From assembly GCF_009914755.1 (NCBI RefSeq), contig NC_060927.1: a DNA stretch of 64,000 bases. One strand, written 5' to 3'. The position numbers and the translations under genes are program-made. The first letter of the stretch is position 1. The number at the start of each line of letters is the position of its first letter. A model generated the notes under the pieces. That model was not told where the DNA came from and made no database searches. It saw nothing but the letters and a program-made list of their open reading frames with translations. This DNA comes from the human T2T-CHM13v2.0 reference genome, Homo sapiens. Below, piece after piece: positions 1 through 13,237 of this stretch.

Positions 1-388
1 TTCCAGAATGGATTAGCTGGGTTCCTCCAGCTCATGATCTCTCCTGAGGTTGCAGTCAAGATGTTAGCTAGTTGGTCTTGGTTGGGACTAAAGGGTCTGC
101 TTTGCAGGTGGCTCACTCATGAGGCAAGGTTGTACTGGCCATTGGTGGGAAACTGCCATTTCTCCCTACCGGGACCTTTCCACAGTCTGTTTGAGTGTCC
201 TATACAAGTGATGTAAGAAAGTAAGGCAAAAGCCACAATGTCTAGCTTTGGAAGTCACACTTTTTGATTTGCACAATATCCTGTTAGTTATACAGATCAG
301 CTGCCTTCATTGTGGGAGGAGACTACACATGGGCATGAATACTAGGAGCTGAGAATCACTAGAGGCCATTTCAATGGACCGTCACCAC
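1..388 (-). mobile_element. MaLR LTR, MLT1F/G-like, truncated by window edge
   Basis: Reverse complement starts TGTGGTGAC...AATGGCCTCTAGTGATTCTCAGCTCCTAGTATTCATGCCCATGTGTAGTCTCCTCCCACA, matching the MLT1F-type 5' end. Confidence 0.7.
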
Positions 389-758
389 ACCATCCACACT
401 GCTGCCAGAAGGAAGTGCCGACAGAGCCAGCAGATGCGTCAGGGAGGCCAGTCTAATAAAGAGGAACTGAAGAATATGCAGGAATAGGAGTGGAATGATC
501 AGTTTCAGAGAGATACAAATGGATCAAAGGGAATGATTCCAGACACATGGAATGGAGACTTCAGTGGAGCTGGGTGTTCCCCATTGAAGTGTGAGCTGAG
601 CTGGACAGACCCTGCTTCTGCCTTACATACTGAGTGGCCCACCAGGCTTTATGAACGGTGATGCAGTGAGGTGACCACAAGAAAGAAGAGGGAACCCCGA
701 AACTGAAGATGTAAAAAGAAATCAATCCAGGCTGCTAATCAGGTTTAAGATGCAAGTA

Positions 759-818
759 TCTCTCCCTCCCTCCTTCTCTCTCTCTCTCTGTGTGTGTGTG
801 TTGTTGTTGTTGTTGTTG
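759..818. repeat. Compound microsatellite (TC)n(TG)n(TTG)n
   Basis: Directly visible. Confidence 0.95.
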
Positions 819-1439
819 TATTGAGTGGGAGTAGAGTTGGGGAATGAGCCAGAGATCAACCATGTTGGAGAGGAACAAACAAAGGACAAGGAGGCATTGA
901 AATATGGGGCAGATCCATACAATACTGATACAACCAAGTGGAAGTCCTGCAATTAACCCTGCGATTTTTGCAGCCTGGCCATGCAGAGCACAGCTTTGTG
1001 TTTGAGGTTTGTACTGAGTCTCTTGGAGCAAGGATCTATAGAGCCACATGTCATTTTCCAGCTGTGAGACCACTTTCCCCTTGACAGGTCAAGGTGGAAT
1101 TCAGTCCCCTGCATTTTTGTACCCCTACCCGTTTCTTTCCGCACCTGGACAACTACAGCAAGACCAGTAGAGACACATCCCATTGAGAAACACAAGGCTC
1201 TGCCTACCACACACACACAAGTGTTTAATGTGAAACCACCCCAAACACAGTACATAGTGACTAATGCGCAGTAAAAGACAGAAGCTGAGTATCTTTGGAA
1301 GGGAGGATGGGAAAATTAACATCACAGGCATTCATCCATCTCTCCTCTTTCCTGTCCTGTCCTGTCCTCTTTTCATCGCTCCTTTCTCCCCTATTCCCTC
1401 CTCTTTCTTCTTCCTCCCTTTCTCTCCCTCCCAGTGCCT

Positions 1440-1440
1440 T

Positions 1441-1504
<64 letters not shown>
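1440..1504. repeat. Compound microsatellite (TC)n(AC)n
   Basis: Directly visible perfect repeats. Confidence 0.97.
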
Positions 1505-1506
<2 letters not shown>

Positions 1507-2169
1507 GTCCTGTCCTTTACAGGATTCACTCATCTTGCAAGGCTGGCTAATGGCACAAGCATGTCTGGGGCCCATATTTCTAGCTTACAGCTTCTTCCAC
1601 AGGGACAGGGCTGTCTCTCTCTCAGTGCCTGAACCTTCTTAGGGACTCCTCAAGGAATGTGGATCAAGTATTGAGGAAAGTAGTAATCTCCCCAAGACAC
1701 TCTGAGATCCAAGACTTTTCTCCTAAGAGCAGGCATCACACAAAGGAGACACCATTTGCCCATGTGACCTGAAGGGGTCTAACTTCATCCCTGAGGCGAC
1801 CTCACACTCGTTCTGGACACTGGCACTTCAGTGAAGCCTAGTTGATCAAATTTGATGAATCTTACCTTAAAAATGCAAAGAGCAGGCTCTGTGAAGCCAC
1901 AGAGCCCGGGGCTGCTCTCTCAGGGAGCCAAGGTGCCCTCTTGCTCCAGGCCCAGCCTTGAGGAGAAGTTTTCTTAATAAAGGACCACATCCCAAACCTG
2001 TCTGGCTTCTCCAGCAGCAGAATATTTCACTGCCCTGTTTCTGTCTCCAGCCCACATTTGCAGAGCTTGCACATAACTCACTTTGCCATCCTGGGAAGGA
2101 TTTGAGCACAAAGTCTGCAGTTCAGCCTCAGAATCAAGCGTGAGGGAAACAGTCATACCGTCCTGCCTC

Positions 2170-2341
2170 CAGGACTAGCTACATAATTTGTGGCGCCCGG
2201 TGCAAATGGGAATTTGAGGCTCCTTGTCCATAAATAATTAAGAATTTTAGAATGGTGACAACAGAGCATTAAAGCACTGGGCTTTCTGAATGCAGGGCCC
2301 CATGTGACTGCACCAGTTACACACACATAAAGCTGGCCCTG
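2170..2341 (-). mobile_element. MER45A (hAT-Tip100 MITE), full length
   Basis: Termini CAGGACTAGCT...GCTGGCCCTG; 8-bp TSD CCTGCCTC (2162-2169) / CCTGCCTG (2342-2349); body matches MER45A. Confidence 0.88.
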
Positions 2342-2909
2342 CCTGCCTGTGACTTCCCCTGAGTCCACAGCCTTGATGCCTGCCCTTAACATCCTTCCAG
2401 CCAGTCTCCCTGCTTGCCTCTCTAGCCCTGGGCTGAGCCACACAGGGCTCTGAAGGAGAAATACTCTTCCTTCCTTATTTATCACCTATCTCTCATTCTC
2501 TGAGCCTAGGCAATTCCATCATTCACCTCCTGGCCAGTACAGACCCTGTGGCCTCCATCACAAGTCTCTGGGCTCCCCCATCCCTCCTTGTTACAGTTCT
2601 CTCCCCGTCTGCAGCTCATGCCTGCCCTCCACACACCTTGCAGTCTCTTTCTGTCTCAGGTAGTCCTCGCACACATCTTTCCCCTGTCCAGCCCTTACTC
2701 CATCTCCCTGCCATTGTTTCTGAAAGCCATCGCCTCATTTATTCGTCTTGTCACCAGGATTCTGCCCAACAAAAGAGTTCTACCATCAGCTTGGGAATAT
2801 TCCCTCCCCTCATAACAACTCCGTTCAGAGTGTTATAAGACTGCTAGGCTTTAAAGATATTTTATAAGTGACAGGAGATATCTAAAAGTTTATTTTTATT
2901 ACAACTCTG

Positions 2910-3016
2910 ATTTTATAAATGAGGAAATAGGAATGTGGATGGGGTAAGTGGCTTGTCCAAGGTCACATAGCTAGTGAGTGGCAAAGCCAAGACGGGATTC
3001 CAGCACCTGCTGACTC
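2910..3016 (-). mobile_element. MIR SINE fragment
   Basis: Core motif ATGAGGAAA...AAGTGGCTTGTCCAAGGTCACATAGCTAGT. Confidence 0.8.
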
Positions 3017-3094
3017 CTACTACAACTCCTAAAGTTGGGACTGATGGGGTCATAGGAGAATAAAAGAATAAGGACATAAAGGAAAAAGGCAGTA

Positions 3095-3614
3095 TGTGGT
3101 TTTTTAAAAACAATGGCTGCATATTCTTTGGCACCACTGAGAGGTGGGGATCTATGTCCCTTCTCTTGAGTCTGGGCAGGTTTGTGACTGCTGCAACCAT
3201 TAGAGTAAGGTGGAAGTGATGAAGGGTCAACAAAAGTCTGCCTGGTTCTCCTGTGATGCTCACTCTGGGGGAAAGCCAGCCTCCATATAAGAACTCCAGA
3301 CATCCTGAGACTGCGATGCTGGGGAGACCACAAGTAGCGCTCTGGTCAACAGCCCTAGTTGAGCATCCACCTAGCAGCCAGCATTAACTCCAGCCATGCA
3401 ATGAGCAATCTTGGACTTCCAGCCAGTTGGGCCATTAGAAGATTCCAGCCCCTGCCTAAAAGTTTTTTTTAACTGAGGCCCCAGACATCATGGAGCAGAA
3501 ACCCGCTGCCCTGACTGAATCCCTAACCCACAGATCTGTGAGTATACTAAAATGGTTGTTCAAAGACAGTAAGTTTTGGAGTGAGCTGTTATGCAACAGT
3601 AGTAAGCTGGAACA
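3095..3614 (+). mobile_element. MaLR solo LTR, MLT1H-like
   Basis: TG...CA termini; typical 3' end AGTTTTGGAGTGAGCTGTTATGCAACAGTAG...GGAACA. Confidence 0.75.
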
Positions 3615-3819
3615 GCTAGGTACAACCCGTGCATCTGTCCACTGATGTTCAAGTCATAAATTTCACATGACTTACTCTAACTGCTTTTCAGAATTCCTTC
3701 AACAGGCAACAAAAAGATGGTGCTTTTGAAGAATGTGCTTAGAAAGAGCAGGGATTCCTCTTCCTCATCCACATGCCTCAGTCCAGCCAGGTCTGCTTTC
3801 TGAAAAGAAGTGGAGAGGC

Positions 3820-3970
3820 TAGGGTTCCAACTCCAGTTGCATACTTAACTTCTCTGAACTTCAGTTTTTCCTCTGTAAAATGGGAATTAGTGAGTAATTC
3901 CACATAGTGGAACTGGTAGGTGATTTTAGGAGAGCAAATGTGTGAACATGCTCTGGGAACTTTGCAGCAC
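3820..3970 (+). mobile_element. MIR SINE fragment
   Basis: CTTAACTTCTCTGAACTTCAGTTTTTCCTCTGTAAAATGGG core. Confidence 0.75.
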
Positions 3971-4775
3971 ATTATGAAAATAATCATTAAGGCCCCCTAC
4001 AATCCGTTCCCCCGTCCACCCCACCCCCTCTCATTTTATCTTGGTGCCTGGTAGATACAGGGTGACTCTGTCGAAATAATGTTCCCAGTCCAAGCCATTA
4101 GCTTTCCAGAGGCTCACACAGCTGTCATCTTTCTCTTCCAGTTTGCACCTTTCCAATAAAAGCATTGCCTCTTTTGATTACAGGAGAATTCACTCTAATT
4201 GACTTCCAGGCATTAAAGTTTTACTGAGATGAGCTCAGAGGCTCCCTGGGGATCAGGGGAAGTGCAGAGCATTGCTGCCCTTAGGGCCCTGGTGCTGCCG
4301 AGAGTTTCTAAAACAGTTGGCTCTAAATTTTGGCAGAGCGACTTCTGGGGAATATAAAGAGCAGCTCAGAGCAAGGGAGGCACTCCATCTCGACTTATCC
4401 GAGGTGCTGGAGGGGAGAAACTGCTGGGCCCCGGGCTCCCTGCTGCATCTCACTCACCTCTGCAATAAGGGGCAGAGACCGAACACAGACATGGAGGCCC
4501 TCACACCTGCATTCCTGACCCAAATCTGCCCACACAATGCCTCTATGTGGGCACAAAGGAGTGAAAGGCATGGCGCCTGCCCTCAAAAAGTCAGCATTAT
4601 GCTTGCATGTATGATAGGTGTTGAGATAATGTGAGGCAATATAATTAGGTGCCAATTTAGATGGCATAATTAGCATTAAAAGAGGTAAATTGGAGGAGGA
4701 GAGAGGAGCAAAGATTAGGGATGACTGAGAATGGTTTCCTACTAGGAAGGAAACAAGTGCTGGGCCTTTGAGAAC

Positions 4776-5032
4776 AATAACAATAGTAAACACTTACATA
4801 CCACATGCTCTGTGCCAAATCCTGTGCAAGCCCTTTATATACTTTAACACATTCATTCCTCCCCACAGCCCTTCGAAATAGAGTCTGCTTCCAATCCCCT
4901 TTTCACAGATGAGAAAATCATGGCATGAAAAGGTTAAGAAACTCGGCACAGGTCAGAGCTAGCAATTGGTAGAGGCAGGATGTGGAGCCAGAAAGTCTGA
5001 CTCAGGGGTCTGTGTTCCTGACCACCACACTG
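4776..5032 (-). mobile_element. MIR SINE, near full length
   Basis: TTTTCACAGATGAGAAAA...GGTTAAGAAACT core plus both flanking MIR segments. Confidence 0.8.
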
Positions 5033-5952
5033 TGTGTCTTTCAAGGCAGTAAAGGAGATGAGAAGGAAGGGAAGTACCTTCCAAGCAGGAGACACTGCAG
5101 GCACAAATGCACAGAGTGGGGACTCTGCTCCCCATTCAGTGGCCAATCACATCTTTCTTCCGTCTCCTGGGGGAAAAAATAATCATGTATATGGTTTTTT
5201 GTGCTTAGGAAATTTCCAGGATGATATGGAAAAATAAATGTTATCAGTGATTACTTCTTAGAAATGGATGGGAGTGAAGTGAAAAAAGTATTTTATACTT
5301 TCTAAAAGTTAGAAAGTTTCACCTTGAATCACTTTTACAACTAAATATTGTTTTATAAAAAACAAATTAAGACTATCCTCCCCATGCCCCACCATTTCTC
5401 TGAAGGAAACAGTTGCTCAGAAGGAGAAGAAGACCAAGCCAGGGCCAGTCCTTGGGCAGCAACTGGGTACAGGGAAGATGAGCCTATGGACTCTTTCCTC
5501 CGCCCAGAGGGAGCTGGGGACCTGCCCTCCTGCCAGCTCACAGAATCCATCCTTCAGGCTCTGGACACTATGCTCACCCCCACCCTCTCTTCCTTTGTCT
5601 CTGAGCTCCCCAACCTTCCTACTCACAACTGTGTGTTTGCGGCGATCATAGAGAGATGAAGACCTCTTTGTTTGACCTGATAATGTTGTGCAATTTCCTA
5701 AAGTTACTTGACAGCTTACAAAAATTGACAAAATTTGTATAAAAATTTGGATTTCTGACTTTGGATAAAACCAAAAGATCTGACAATCCTAGGCCTCCAT
5801 TTTCACTGGACAATTTGGAAGCGGAGTTGATGTTAAGGTCAAATGTCATTTACATGGCACCTATGCTGTTGTTTTTCTTATAACTGGCCTGCTTGCTTAG
5901 CTACATCACCTGCTGGGTCCTGGTAAGCAGTTGAATTGGCAGTCTGTGCTTT

Positions 5953-6270
5953 ATTTTTTATTTATTTATTTTATTGTATTTTATTTTTGAGACAGAGTCT
6001 CACTCTATCCCCCAGGCTGGAGTGCAGTGGTGTGATCTTGGCTCACTATAACCTCTGCCTCCCAGGTTCAAGTGATTCTCATGCCTCAGTTGCCTGAGTA
6101 GCTGGGATTACAGGCGTGCACCACCATGCCCAGCTAATTTTTGTACTTTTAGTAGAGACGGGGTTTTACCATGTTGGCCAGGCTGGTCTCGAACTCCTGA
6201 CCTCAGGTGATCTGCCCATCTCGGCCTCCCAAAGTGCTGGGATTACAGGCATGAGCCACCATGCCTGGCC
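5953..6270 (-). mobile_element. AluS (Sx-like)
   Basis: Full dimer; TSD AGTCTGTGCTTT / AGTCTGTTCTTT. Confidence 0.97.
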
Positions 6271-6799
6271 AGTCTGTTCTTTAGATTGCAAATAACTCCC
6301 AGTTGTTTCACACTTCTGCTTTCCCAAAGATTCTTGAGTGCAGAAACGAAGTCCAATACATCCTTTGCATTCCACCTATATTCTAACAGTGAAGCTTTTC
6401 ATTGAAGGCCTGATGAACTGATGTCATGATTAAGTTACAGAGTAAAGACCTGGATTTCAGTCTATCCAGGATTGGCTATGGCCACATCATCTGTGCAGCT
6501 CAACACTCAATCCTCCTCAAGAATGGTCTGTGCTTTTATGCCTCGGAATATTGATAGACAACATGCTGCTCTCCCCTTGGCTTATGGTTTTACTAAATAT
6601 AACTGCTGATTTCTGTTATCTGTCTTTACAAACAAACTGCATCCTCTGGTGGATCTGCCTTCCCCGCCTTGACAGTCAACTTCCCATTACATCTCTCTTG
6701 CTCATGCATATTATATGAATGACTCATGTATCAACAAAAGGAAGAATCCCTTATAGCTTTTACTTGATTCATTTCAAATAGTAAAAGAAAATACCCTTA

Positions 6800-6960
6800 C
6801 AGCCTGTGTGTCATGCTAAACCTCTTTCATACCTTTAGTCTCACCAAATACTTTCAGCAACCCCCGGAAGGTGGCATGGTCACCATATTACAGATTAGGA
6901 AACCAATGCACAGATAGGTCAAGTAACTTGCCAAGCATCATATCTCCCAGCTGGGACCTG
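6800..6960 (-). mobile_element. MIR fragment
   Basis: TTACAGATTAGGAAACC...AGGTCAAGTAACTTGCC core. Confidence 0.65.
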
Positions 6961-7863
6961 CATCTAATCAAGTGCTTTTTCCTGATACATCAAGGGCAGG
7001 TAGAGTTTTACTGGCTACCTTTCCCTCTTCCATTTTGCTTTTGTTCACTGCCTAGCCTTCAGCTGTGGGCCAGGCTGAGAGCTTCCTACGCCACTCTCCT
7101 ACCTTACCACACACACTTGCCAGCTCAGTCCTAGGTCAGGTACAGACATCCCCGATTCTCAGGAGCAATGGCCAATGCTGCACTCTGCCCACTCAGCCCC
7201 AGAGAACTGGTCCCTAATGGGTTGCAATAAGAGGAAAAGAATATGTGGTTCTCTCGAGGCATTCCTCTGCCTCAGATTACCTGTGACCGTGATTGTTTGA
7301 GATGACTGTGACTCCCAAGTGCTTGAGAATCCACCTGGACTCCTCTGGGGTGGCCATGGGAGAACAACAGTGTCCTTTTTGAAGGGCCTTGTAAGGGACA
7401 ACATACGCCAGACACTGGAGCGCCTCTGGGAGTTTTATTCATTGGAGAATCCAGGATGAAGGCTACCGGGATCAGAAAAAAAAGAGCCCTAACAGAAGCC
7501 AATCTCAAATGCCACTGAGAGGCACTGAGCCAAAGCTGGGTCTCACTCTCCTCGGCCAGGTTATGTCGTATAGCAGATGTCTCAGAGTTATGCTAGCCTT
7601 GGCTCCCTTCTCCTCCTCTAAAACTTCTAGTTTCCAATCACATACTTTCATACTAAACAGGACGGAAATTGGTTTTACTATAAGAAACAAATCATGTGTT
7701 GATCGTAACATCAGGCCAAGAGGAACTTCTGGTCACTGAAATTTCATAAAACTACAGGGAGGCACTGCAAATGCAGAAGAAACAGAGGTCTGAGATAGGA
7801 AAATCTACACATTCAAAGAAAGAAACACCCAAGCAGTCTTTTTTCATCACTTTTCTCCTGGCC

Positions 7864-8300
7864 TGTGTGCAACGGTATCAGCTGCTGTTTATGCCCTGTC
7901 CAATATCCCACCTATCCCAGCCCACCTAAGTTCCACAGCACTGGAGATGTCTTCCAACCCCTCAAGTGCCTAGTGTCTCTCTTCTTTTCTGCCTCCTGCA
8001 TGCAGGGAACTTGGAGTAGGGGGCTGCAATTAACACCACTGGGGGCAAGTTCTCCACAAATTACATGGGAAGCAGCCTTGCCTTCCTCTAGTGGGAAGAT
8101 TTTGCAGCATCTTCCATGCAGTCTCTTAGAGGGTCCCAGTGCGGTGCAGCCCTAGCTGTCCACGCAGTAACCATTCATTAGCATACTCTACATGGACTTT
8201 TCTCCTTTCCCTGCCTCATTCTCCTCTGTCCTCAACTGGTCTTCCTGGGATCGCTCCCCAAATAAATTCTGTGCATCCAAGTCCTTGTTTCAGGGTCTGA
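7864..8300 (+). mobile_element. ERVL LTR, LTR16-like
   Basis: 3' signature TTCCTGGGATCGCTCCCCAAATAAA...CAAGTCCTTGTTTCAGGGTCTG. Confidence 0.7.
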
Positions 8301-9295
8301 AAGAAAAGAATCAAACTAGACACAAGATAAGACTAAAAACTAACTCAGTGATATACTTTGATTGCAATTATTCTTATTTTTCTTAATGCTAATTATAAAG
8401 TATTCCTATATATTGTCATGGCAGAACGATGGACCAGCTAAGCTCCTGGATCCCTGTATAGGAACCTGTAACAGGATGGTAAAATGAGCACCCAGGATAC
8501 TGAGCGTCACATTTAAGGTGAAATGCTGGACTAGCATAGGAAATGTTCAGAACATGTTTAGGACATTTCTAGGGTACTTATATAAAACTGTTTCCAAGAC
8601 TCTTGGCCACTTTCCCATTTGTTGTTGACGTTTAAGAGGCCACAAGCTGGAAAAGAGAAAGAGGATCTCTTTGGAGAGAACTGTTGGTATATTATGATTC
8701 CTCCCTACTTCTGCCCTCATATCCATCAGAGATAAGCATGTAGGTTTACAAGCCCCTACATCAAACCTAGTGAGAGGACATCAAGGAGCACTCCTGAGGA
8801 AGTTGGCCTAAGTCCCTTGGAGTCTGCAGTGTCTGTGGATCATGGAGGGGTTTGTCAAGCCAAAGCATGGGGAGTGTTTCTATGGACGAAGTGGGAGGCA
8901 AAGGGGAGAGACAATTTAAATAGACTTGGCCCACAAGATCCACCTGGAGACAGATGGAAGCTGGAGGGACCTACACTCACAGGGCTCTGGGGGAGAGACT
9001 CACATGGCCAGCAGAGGAGCTATTTGTCTGCAGCTGAGAGGCTGCCAGAAATGTGAGGCCAGTCTCTGAAGACCCACAGAAGCCCCACAAAGCCGTCAAG
9101 GGAAACACCCCTGCCTCTCATTCTACCTCCCTACCTCCTCGCATCTACATTCACCCACCCTCCACCCTCAAAGATACAGACACACTTCCTGGGAAGCTAA
9201 CAAGCTTGACAGGAAAGGGTAGAAAAGACTTAGTGTGACTTCTGGGCCCCAAATAAGCCCATATCAGCATATAAGGGAAGCTTTAATTTAAGAAC

Positions 9296-9581
9296 TTTTT
9301 TTTTTTTTTTGAGTTGGAGTCTCCCTCTGTTGCCCAGGCTGGAGTGCAGTGGCGCGATCTCGGCTCACTCCTCCCGGGTTCACGCCATTCTCCTGCCTCA
9401 GCCTCCCGAGTACCTGGGACTACAGGCACCCACCACCATGCCCAGCTAATTTTTTGTATTTTTAGTAGAGACAGGGTTTCACCATGGTAGCCAGGATGGT
9501 CTCCATCCCCTGACCTTGTGATCCACCTGCCTCGGCCTCCCAAAGTGCTGGAATTACAGGCGTGAGCCATGGCACCCGGCC
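9296..9581 (-). mobile_element. AluY with small internal deletion
   Basis: AluY diagnostics (TTCACGCCATTC, AGCCAGGATGG); about 10 nt (GCAAGCTCCG) missing near 9369; TSD AATTTAAGAA. Confidence 0.95.
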
Positions 9582-9609
9582 AATTTAAGAAGTTTAAGAA
9601 GAAATGTGA

Positions 9610-10043
9610 ATGGAGTTTCCTGGATGAAATTAGTGTTTGAATTGTGGACTCAGTGGACCACCTTCCTCCATGTTGGGAGGCAGGGAGCATCATTTAATCT
9701 GCTGGGGGTCTGAATAGAACAGAAAGGAAGAGGAAGGAGAAATTCCTCTCTTTTCCTTCCCACCTGCCTGTTTGAGCTGGGACCTCAATATTCTCCTGCT
9801 CTTGGACTAGAATTTACAGCACTGGCTCCCCTGGTACTCAGGCCTTTGGGTTTGGACTAGAATTACACCACAGTTTTTCCTGGTTCTCCAGCCTGCAGAT
9901 GGCTGAATGTGGAACTTCTCAGCCTCCATAATAATGTGAGCCAATTTCTCACAATAAATTGTCTATCTATCTATCTATCTGTCTATCTATCTATCTATCT
10001 ATCTATCTATATTTTGTTTCTCTGAAGAACCCTGACCAATACA
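9610..10043 (+). mobile_element. ERVL LTR, MLT2 (B/D-like)
   Basis: CTTCTCAGCCTCCATAAT..GTGAGCCAATT and 3' end GTTTCTCTGAAGAACCCTGACCAATACA. Confidence 0.85.
9961..10010. repeat. (TCTA)n tetranucleotide STR inside MLT2
   Basis: Directly visible, with a TCTG interruption. Confidence 0.95.
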
Positions 10044-10379
10044 AAGCCATAATCCCACAATGTACAGATAAGGATGTATATAGAGATAAGGACTGTGAAT
10101 AAGGTCATAAGAATGTGACTCTAATCTGATAGAGCTGGTACCCTTGCAAAAGATGAAGAGACACCAGAGCATGAGCGCGCGCTCTCTCTCTTTCTGTCTA
10201 CTATGTGAGAACACAGTGAGAAGGTGACCATCTACAAGATAGGAAGAGGGCCCTCACCAGGAATTTAATTGTATGGCAACTTGATCTTGGACTTCCCAGC
10301 CTCCAGAACTATAAGAAATAAATTTTTTTTTCAGTCATCCCACCTGTGATATTTTGTCATAGAAGCCTACTCTTAGACA
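10044..10379 (+). mobile_element. MaLR LTR, MLT1A-like
   Basis: CTTGATCTTGGACTTCCCAGCCTCCAGAACTATAAGAAATAAA signature, ends AGACA. Confidence 0.8.
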
Positions 10380-10956
10380 CATATAAATGTACAGAAAGGG
10401 TGGATGGACATAGGCACTGGTTCACAGAGAAAATACAGTCAAAAGACAGAGCCCAGAAGCACCCATGTAGCATTATCCAGGGCAGGGAGTGCCTAGCAGA
10501 TAGGTATTTCAATCTGCTTGAAAAGAATGTCCTTTTCAAGGATGAGTGTATCTTGCTGTCAAGATTCATAACATCAACCATCATTTATCCAATTAGCCTC
10601 ATTTGCAGGAATCCCAGACTTCGTGATTAGGTGGCTTCCAGGAAGCATTTTTCTAAAGACTCTAGGAAGCTGCCATAAGGCCCCAGTTATCTTGGCAGTG
10701 TTGTCTTTTATTGTAAATGAATAAATCAACATCAGCCTTGTGTGGACTTTGAACTTGAGACCCTACTTTTGAGAAGATCAAAGTGCTGAGAAGATAATGT
10801 TCCCATAATACTACAACTGCATTGACCCACCTATTAGCATCTGCATCCATAATCACTGTCTTCCCTCCTGCGGTATATTGCGAAGATGGCAACAAATTCT
10901 TCCATGCCCTATAGTTGTGTAAATTTGCGGTTTCTCCCATCAAGAAGGAGAGTCAA

Positions 10957-11072
10957 CTGGACATGGTGGTGCATGCCTGTAGTCCTGGCTACCAAGAGGC
11001 TGAGACGGGAGGATCACTTGAACCCAGGAGTTCAAGGCTGCAGTGAGCAGCCACTTGATCATGCCACTGTAC
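10957..11072 (+). mobile_element. Alu monomer (FRAM/FAM-like), 3' truncated
   Basis: GGTGGTGCATGCCTGTAGTCC...GGAGGATCACTTGAACCCAGGAGTTCAAGGCTGCAGTGAGC. Confidence 0.8.
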
Positions 11073-11139
11073 AGGATAAATGTTAATTCTTCCTTCACCG
11101 CCAATCACATCTTACTACTTTCTTTGCCTCCTCCTGGGT

Positions 11140-11895
11140 TTACATGACCATCAGTTCCCCGCTCAGTTACCACAAGTGGCCTCCTAACTAATCCCCCTGC
11201 TTCCACCCTTGCCCCCTCTAATCTATTCTCAACGTAGCAGTCCAGTGATCTTTTAATAAAGTCATGTCATGTCACTGCTCTGCTCAGAACCTTCCCATGG
11301 TTCTCCGTTTCTCTCAAAGTCTTCACAGTGACCTCAATGACCTCCAAAGCCCTGTTCTATCTGCTTCACTCCCATTAAATCTCTGACCTTGCTTTTGGTC
11401 TCTCTTACTTACACTTACTCCACTTCAACCACATCAGTCTTCCTGATGTTCCTGGGACAAACCAGGATGCTCTCCTCTTAGGGTTCTGGCCCTGGCCATC
11501 CCCCTTTGCTGGAGTACTCGTCCCCAGATGTGAAAATGCCTAGCTCCCTCATCTCCTTTAAGTCTCTGCTCAACTGTCACTTTCTCCATACATCTATACC
11601 AGTCACCCTATTTAAATTATAATCCACAAAGAAATCCCAGTCCTCATGCTATGCTTTATTTTTATTTTTCGTTTCCATAGTACTTACTCTCTTTTAACAT
11701 CATATACAACTTATTAGGTTTGATACGTATTCCTCTGCCCCCACTAGAATGTTAGCTACACAAGGGCAAGGATCTGTATCTGTTTTGTTCACTGACAATC
11801 TCATGTGCCTAGAACAGTGGATAGAACACAAATGAGACACTTAGTAAATGTTTGTTGAATGGCTAAGTTAGTGCTTGAATAATGGAGATAAATGA
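11140..11895 (+). mobile_element. L2 (L2a-like) 3' region
   Basis: CTAGAATGTTAGCTAC..AGGGCAAGGA..GTGCCTAGAACAGTG..TAAATGTTTGTTGAATG terminal motif. Confidence 0.85.
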
Positions 11896-12630
11896 ATGTG
11901 GAATCTCCATGTTCATCTCTAATTTTCCATCTCCAAAGATTCAGAAAGGAGCATAGGCCTTAGACAATGGGGCTTTCCCCACCGTCTGCAGTATCACATA
12001 ATACCTGTAAGTATTTATCATGAATACCAACCAATGCCTGTTAAGGTACATGTTTATGGATTAATACTTTTAATTCAAGATATCCTCACTTGGGACAATG
12101 AAGGTGCATACTGATAGGAGAGAATCCGATTTTAAAAATAAATGTATTAAATATCTATAACTTAAGGATGAGAAGAAAAGGATTTTCATAATCCCCTTCC
12201 AAAAACAGAGGGATTCTTTGCTTTAACAACTCCCTCCCATAAAAAAGAAGTCTTGCTTTTTAAACATGGAACTTCTCCCAAAACTGATTAGAATGAGACT
12301 CACTTTATAAATATTTACATGTACTGTTTTTCAGAAATATGACTACTACGTTAAGGGAAGGAAGAACAAACAGTTATCTCTGCAGCTGAATTTCTCACGA
12401 AGTCCAGAGGGCAGCTTTTATGAGCCATCCCAGCATTTCTGTGATTTAAGTTTGAAGCAAGCAGATGTAGCCATCATAGGAAAATGTCATTCCTCTTGGA
12501 GGAAGAAGCTGGATGAGTGAGTCTGGAATCGGGTTTGCAATCTCCACTAACCAAACACATAGCAGCACTTCTATGATGCTTTTATGTCTAGTGGGCTTTG
12601 TAAGCTCTTATAAGGTAGAATTAAGGAGTT

Positions 12631-13237
12631 ACTAGTTCAACCATTGTGGAAGTCAGTGTGGTGATTCCTCAGGGATCTACAACTAGAAATACCATTTGAC
12701 CCAGTCATCCATTACTGGGTATATACCCAAAGGATTATAAATCATACTGCTATAAAGACACATGCACACATATGTTTATTGCGACACTATTCACAATAGC
12801 AAAGACTTGGAACCAACCCAAATGTCCAACAATGATAGACTGGATTAAGAAAATGTGGCACATATACACCATGGAATACTATGCAGCCATAAAAACTGAT
12901 GAGTTCATGTCCTTTGTAGGGACATGGATGAAGCTGGAAACCATCATTCTCAGCAAACTATCACAAGGACAAAAAACCAAACACCACATGTTCTCACTCA
13001 TAGGTGGGAATTGAACAATGAGAACACATGGACACAGGAAGGGAAACATCACACACCGGGGCCTGTTGTGGGGTGGGGGGAGGGGGGAGGGATAGCATTA
13101 GGAGATATACCTAATGTTAAATGACGAGTTAATGGGTGCAGCACACCAGCATGGCACATGTATACATATGTAACTAACCTGCACGTTGTGCACATGTACC
13201 CTAAAACTTAAAGTATAATAATAATAATTTTAAAAAA
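12631..13237 (+). mobile_element. Young L1PA (PA3-5-like) 5'-truncated 3' end
   Basis: ORF2 C-terminus (ORF 12772-13014 ...MFSLIGGN), 3'UTR G-tract, ends CTTAAAGTATAATAAT; low divergence. Confidence 0.95.

Noticed and set aside
722-1642. Overlapping ORFs with poly-Q, HT and SL runs
   Set aside because: Translations of microsatellites.
4253-5731. ORFs of 100-132 aa in non-repeat sequence
   Set aside because: No recognisable domain, many begin at non-ATG codons, and lengths are compatible with chance.
9283-9693. 136-aa ORF, plus similar ORFs at 26178, 30694, 36713 and 37821
   Set aside because: Alu-derived translations.
9800-9885. Direct repeat TTGGACTAGAATT(T)ACA
   Set aside because: Intrinsic internal repeat of MLT2 LTRs.
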